In this document: positions 48,801 to 51,213 of the stretch, piece after piece
Layout: each line of letters starts with the position of its first letter
Position numbering within the stretch: position 1 is the stretch's first letter
Assembly: GCA_026991535.1 (NCBI GenBank)
Contig: JALXBH010000189.1
Coordinates: 1-51,213, forward strand
Origin: Calditrichia bacterium
GTDB taxonomy: Bacteria; Calditrichota; Calditrichia; Calditrichales; J004
DNA length: 51,213 nt
Direction of reading: 5' to 3'
Program-made: the position numbers and the translations under genes
The notes under the pieces: generated by a model
What the model was told of the DNA's origin: nothing
What the model saw: the letters and a program-made list of their open reading frames with translations, nothing else
Database searches by the model: none

Positions 48801-50606
48801 ATGATGACAAAAATGCGCCAAATGAGCAAGATGATATTCTGGGTTGTAGGGCTCGCCTTTATTGCCCTGATTGTTTTTGAGTGGGGCGCGGATGTTAACC
48901 GCGGCGGGGGCGATACGACCCTGGGAGAAGTAAACGGGCAAAAACTATCCCTACAGGAATTTAACGATCTCTACCGGGCCGCGCTGGAAAACGAACGGGC
49001 GCGGACAAAGGGCGAGCTTTCCGAATTAAGAAGCCAACAAATCCGGGATCAGGTTTGGGAACAGTTTGTTCAGCGTGTGCTGCTTAGGGAAGAAATGGAA
49101 AAGTTGCATATCGCCGTTTCCGATTCCGAAATCGTCTATCAAATTATGAATCATCCCCTGGATGAATTCAAGAAGGACCCCGCCCTGCAGACCAATGGTA
49201 TTTTCGACATGAAAAAATACCAGGCGGCCCTCTCCAACCCGAATATTCCCTGGGCACAGATCGAGGACTTTTACCGTCAACAGATTCCATTTCAAAAACT
49301 GCAGAACCTCATAACCAGCTCCGTACGCGTAAGTCCGGCGGAAATAAAGGATGAGTTTATCCGTAAGAATGTTAAGGCCAAGGTGGAGTATCTGGCCGTG
49401 CTCAGTAACCGCTTCCGTACCCAAACCGACGTTACCGACGGGGAACTGGAGGAGTGGTACGAAAAACACAAGGATGAATATAAACGTGACGAAAGCCGTG
49501 ACCTGGCCTATGTTTTGTTTGAGATAAAGCCCACCGCGCGCGATACGCAGATCGTGTTTAACGAAATCGACAAGATAAAGGAGCGCCTTGCCCTTGGTGA
49601 GGATTTCAACCTGCTGGCCCTGCAATATTCAGAAGACCCCAGTGTTTCCGAAAACCGCGGAGACCTGGGATATTTTGAACGTAAGGCCATGGTTCCGGCA
49701 TTCAGTGATGCGGCTTTTTCCGCAAAACCCGGCGAAGTAATCGGGCCGGTAAAAACCAACTACGGCTACCATATCATAAAGGTTGAAGACAAGAAAAAGA
49801 TAGACGGTGTTGAAAAAGTGAAAGCCAGCCACATCCTGCTTAAGATTGTGGCCGGCCCCAGCACCCTGGCCGAACAGGAAGACAAAGCCCAGGCTTTTTC
49901 CAGGGATGCCAAGGAAAACGGTTGGGATGAAACCGTGGCCGCTGACAATTATGAAGTTAAAACCACCGGCTATTTTGAGGAAAAAAGCGGTTTTATTCCC
50001 GGTATCGGACGTAATGCCGCCATTATGGCTTTTGCCTTTATGAATGAAAAAGGGGAGGTTTCCGGAATATATTCCCTAAACAACAATAAAGCCTATGCTG
50101 TTTTTAAAGTGAACGACATTCTGCCCGCGGGATACAAGCCCCTGGCCGATGTGCGTGCCCTGGTTGAAAATGAAGTCCGTTTTGACAAGGCCCGTTCCCT
50201 GGCCCGCGCCTATGCCTCGCGGATTGAACCCGATGTAAAAGCCGGCAAGGCCTTTAAAACCATTGCCGAGGCGGATACCGGTAAAATAGTTAAATATGAT
50301 GTAACCCGTATGTTTGCCCTTAGCGAATCGGTTCCCGGCGTTGGCAAAATTCCGGAATTCAACGGCACCGCCTTCCGGTTAAAGCCCGGAGAGGTCTCGG
50401 AGATGATCGATACTGAATCGGGAATGTTTTTTGAAAAGCTGATTGAAAAAAGTGCATTTGACAGCACGGCCTTTAATGATCAAAAGGAACTGATTCGTCT
50501 GCGTATCCTTAATGCACGCCGGCAGGCTGTTTTCAGTAAGTGGTACCAGCAGCTTAAGGATAACGCCGATATTGTGGACAACCGGAAGAAGTTTAATATC
50601 TTTTAG
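48801..50606 (+). CDS. ppiD: PpiD-like peptidylprolyl isomerase (SurA N-terminal plus parvulin domain)
   Basis: N-terminal TM anchor, F..LA..YSED.S...GDLGYF....MVPAF..AAF, GYHIIKV. Confidence 0.88.
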   Translation: MMTKMRQMSKMIFWVVGLAFIALIVFEWGADVNRGGGDTTLGEVNGQKLSLQEFNDLYRAALENERARTKGELSELRSQQIRDQVWEQFVQRVLLREEMEKLHIAVSDSEIVYQIMNHPLDEFKKDPALQTNGIFDMKKYQAALSNPNIPWAQIEDFYRQQIPFQKLQNLITSSVRVSPAEIKDEFIRKNVKAKVEYLAVLSNRFRTQTDVTDGELEEWYEKHKDEYKRDESRDLAYVLFEIKPTARDTQIVFNEIDKIKERLALGEDFNLLALQYSEDPSVSENRGDLGYFERKAMVPAFSDAAFSAKPGEVIGPVKTNYGYHIIKVEDKKKIDGVEKVKASHILLKIVAGPSTLAEQEDKAQAFSRDAKENGWDETVAADNYEVKTTGYFEEKSGFIPGIGRNAAIMAFAFMNEKGEVSGIYSLNNNKAYAVFKVNDILPAGYKPLADVRALVENEVRFDKARSLARAYASRIEPDVKAGKAFKTIAEADTGKIVKYDVTRMFALSESVPGVGKIPEFNGTAFRLKPGEVSEMIDTESGMFFEKLIEKSAFDSTAFNDQKELIRLRILNARRQAVFSKWYQQLKDNADIVDNRKKFNIF

Positions 50607-50628
50607 CTTAAGGGCTACTCTGTTAATT

Positions 50629-50660
50629 ACCCCCGGCGCTACTGCGTCCGGGGGTTTTTT
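50629..50660 (+). terminator. Intrinsic terminator after ppiD
   Basis: ACCCCCGGCGC-TACT-GCGTCCGGGGGT followed by a T run. Confidence 0.8.
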
Positions 50661-50699
50661 ATTGGAGGGAATACGCTCTATCTAAGCCTTACAGAGCCT

Positions 50700-51085
50700 C
50701 GCAGGGATAACCCGCGCATTCATTCGCGGGGCGGATGGTAGCGTACCACCCTCGAAAGAATCCGAATCATCGGATTCGGGTTGAGACCAGGATAACCTTA
50801 TATAACGATCCAACCTTAGTAGCCCCGGGTGTTTAAAATATTTTTGACCTTAATTAGCTTATTTTTTGATGTGGCGGTATGAATAAGGTAATAAGATTAT
50901 TTTTTTGGTTTACTTTTTTCTACTAAGGTTGGGGTGGAAAATAAGGTTTGGTCTTCTTATAAGACGTTATACCTCCCCGATTGAAATTGGGGGTTAACCG
51001 AATCCTTTCCGGCCCTGTGAGGGAATGAATATAACCCAAAGCCACATAGGCTTAACCCGCGCATTCATTCGCGGGGTGGATGGAC
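50700..51085 (+). repeat. REP/BIME-like composite, locus C (inverted, diverged copy of locus A)
   Basis: P1 50708-50730, P2 50758-50777, TIR element 50810-50932, P3 50975-50997, P1 51053-51075; collinear with the reverse complement of ~32735-33125. Confidence 0.9.
50810..50932. mobile_element. MITE-like element, second copy (123 bp), 13-bp terminal inverted repeats
   Basis: CCAACCTTAGTAG at 50810-50822 and CTACTAAGGTTGG at 50920-50932; interior is a close reverse complement of 32891-33016. Confidence 0.6.
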
Positions 51086-51104
51086 ACGGAAGTTGCCTGA
51101 AAAG

Positions 51105-51149
51105 TGGAGCTGAATCCCGAGGCTTCGGGAAACCGCTGACCTCTTGCTT
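51105..51149 (-). pseudogene. 3' fragment of a tRNA-Ala-like gene (about positions 37-73) with a palindrome replacing part of the T-arm
   Basis: Reverse complement AAGCAAG-AGGTC-AGCGG-TT-[TCCCGAAGCCTCGGGA]-TT-CAGCTCC-A; U70 and A73 fit the Ala determinants. Confidence 0.65.
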
Positions 51150-51159
51150 TGGGTCAATA

Positions 51160-51188
51160 TAAAAAAAGCCCATCCTGCGACGAGCTTT
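51160..51188 (-). terminator. Intrinsic terminator for a minus-strand RNA entering from the window end
   Basis: AAAGCTCGTC-GCAG-GATGGGCTTT followed by TTTT on the minus strand. Confidence 0.7.
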
Positions 51189-51192
51189 ACAG

Positions 51193-51213
51193 TGGAGCTG
51201 AGTCCCGAGGCTT
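51193..51213 (-). tRNA. 3' end of a probable tRNA-Ala (truncated by the window), carrying the same palindrome
   Basis: Reverse complement ...AAGCCTCGGGA-CT-CAGCTCC-A, directly followed by a terminator; only 21 nt are visible. Confidence 0.45.

Overview
A 51-kb bacterial housekeeping region, mostly on the minus strand. Gene content and order suggest a Calditrichota/FCB-type diderm (inference only). It holds leuS (partial), folD-ymdB-rny-6S RNA-zapA-zapB-pheTS-rplT-rpmI-infC-thrS, aroEA, greA-rel-dnaB-udg-coaB-gmk-yicC, rqcH, dtd-dnaE, an egtD-SMR cluster and ppiD, plus four intact tRNAs (Pro-CGG, Pro-GGG, Val-GAC, Tyr-GTA). No transposase, integrase or CRISPR array was found. Non-coding novelties: (1) a REP/BIME-like family of three hairpins at three loci (32.7-33.1, 41.9-42.5 and 50.7-51.1 kb), always between convergent transcription units, with compensatory base changes between hairpin variants; (2) a ~125-bp AT-rich element with 13-bp terminal inverted repeats nested in two of those loci; (3) two tRNA-Ala-like 3' ends whose T-arm carries a palindromic insert. 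Coding oddities: an RNase Y whose HD-domain metal ligands are degenerate, a CoaBC with a decayed CoaC half, a VTE5/VTE6-like prenol-kinase fusion next to a DUF368 lipid-carrier translocase, and an orphan egtD coupled to a Gdx-type SMR exporter and a PptH-like hydrolase.
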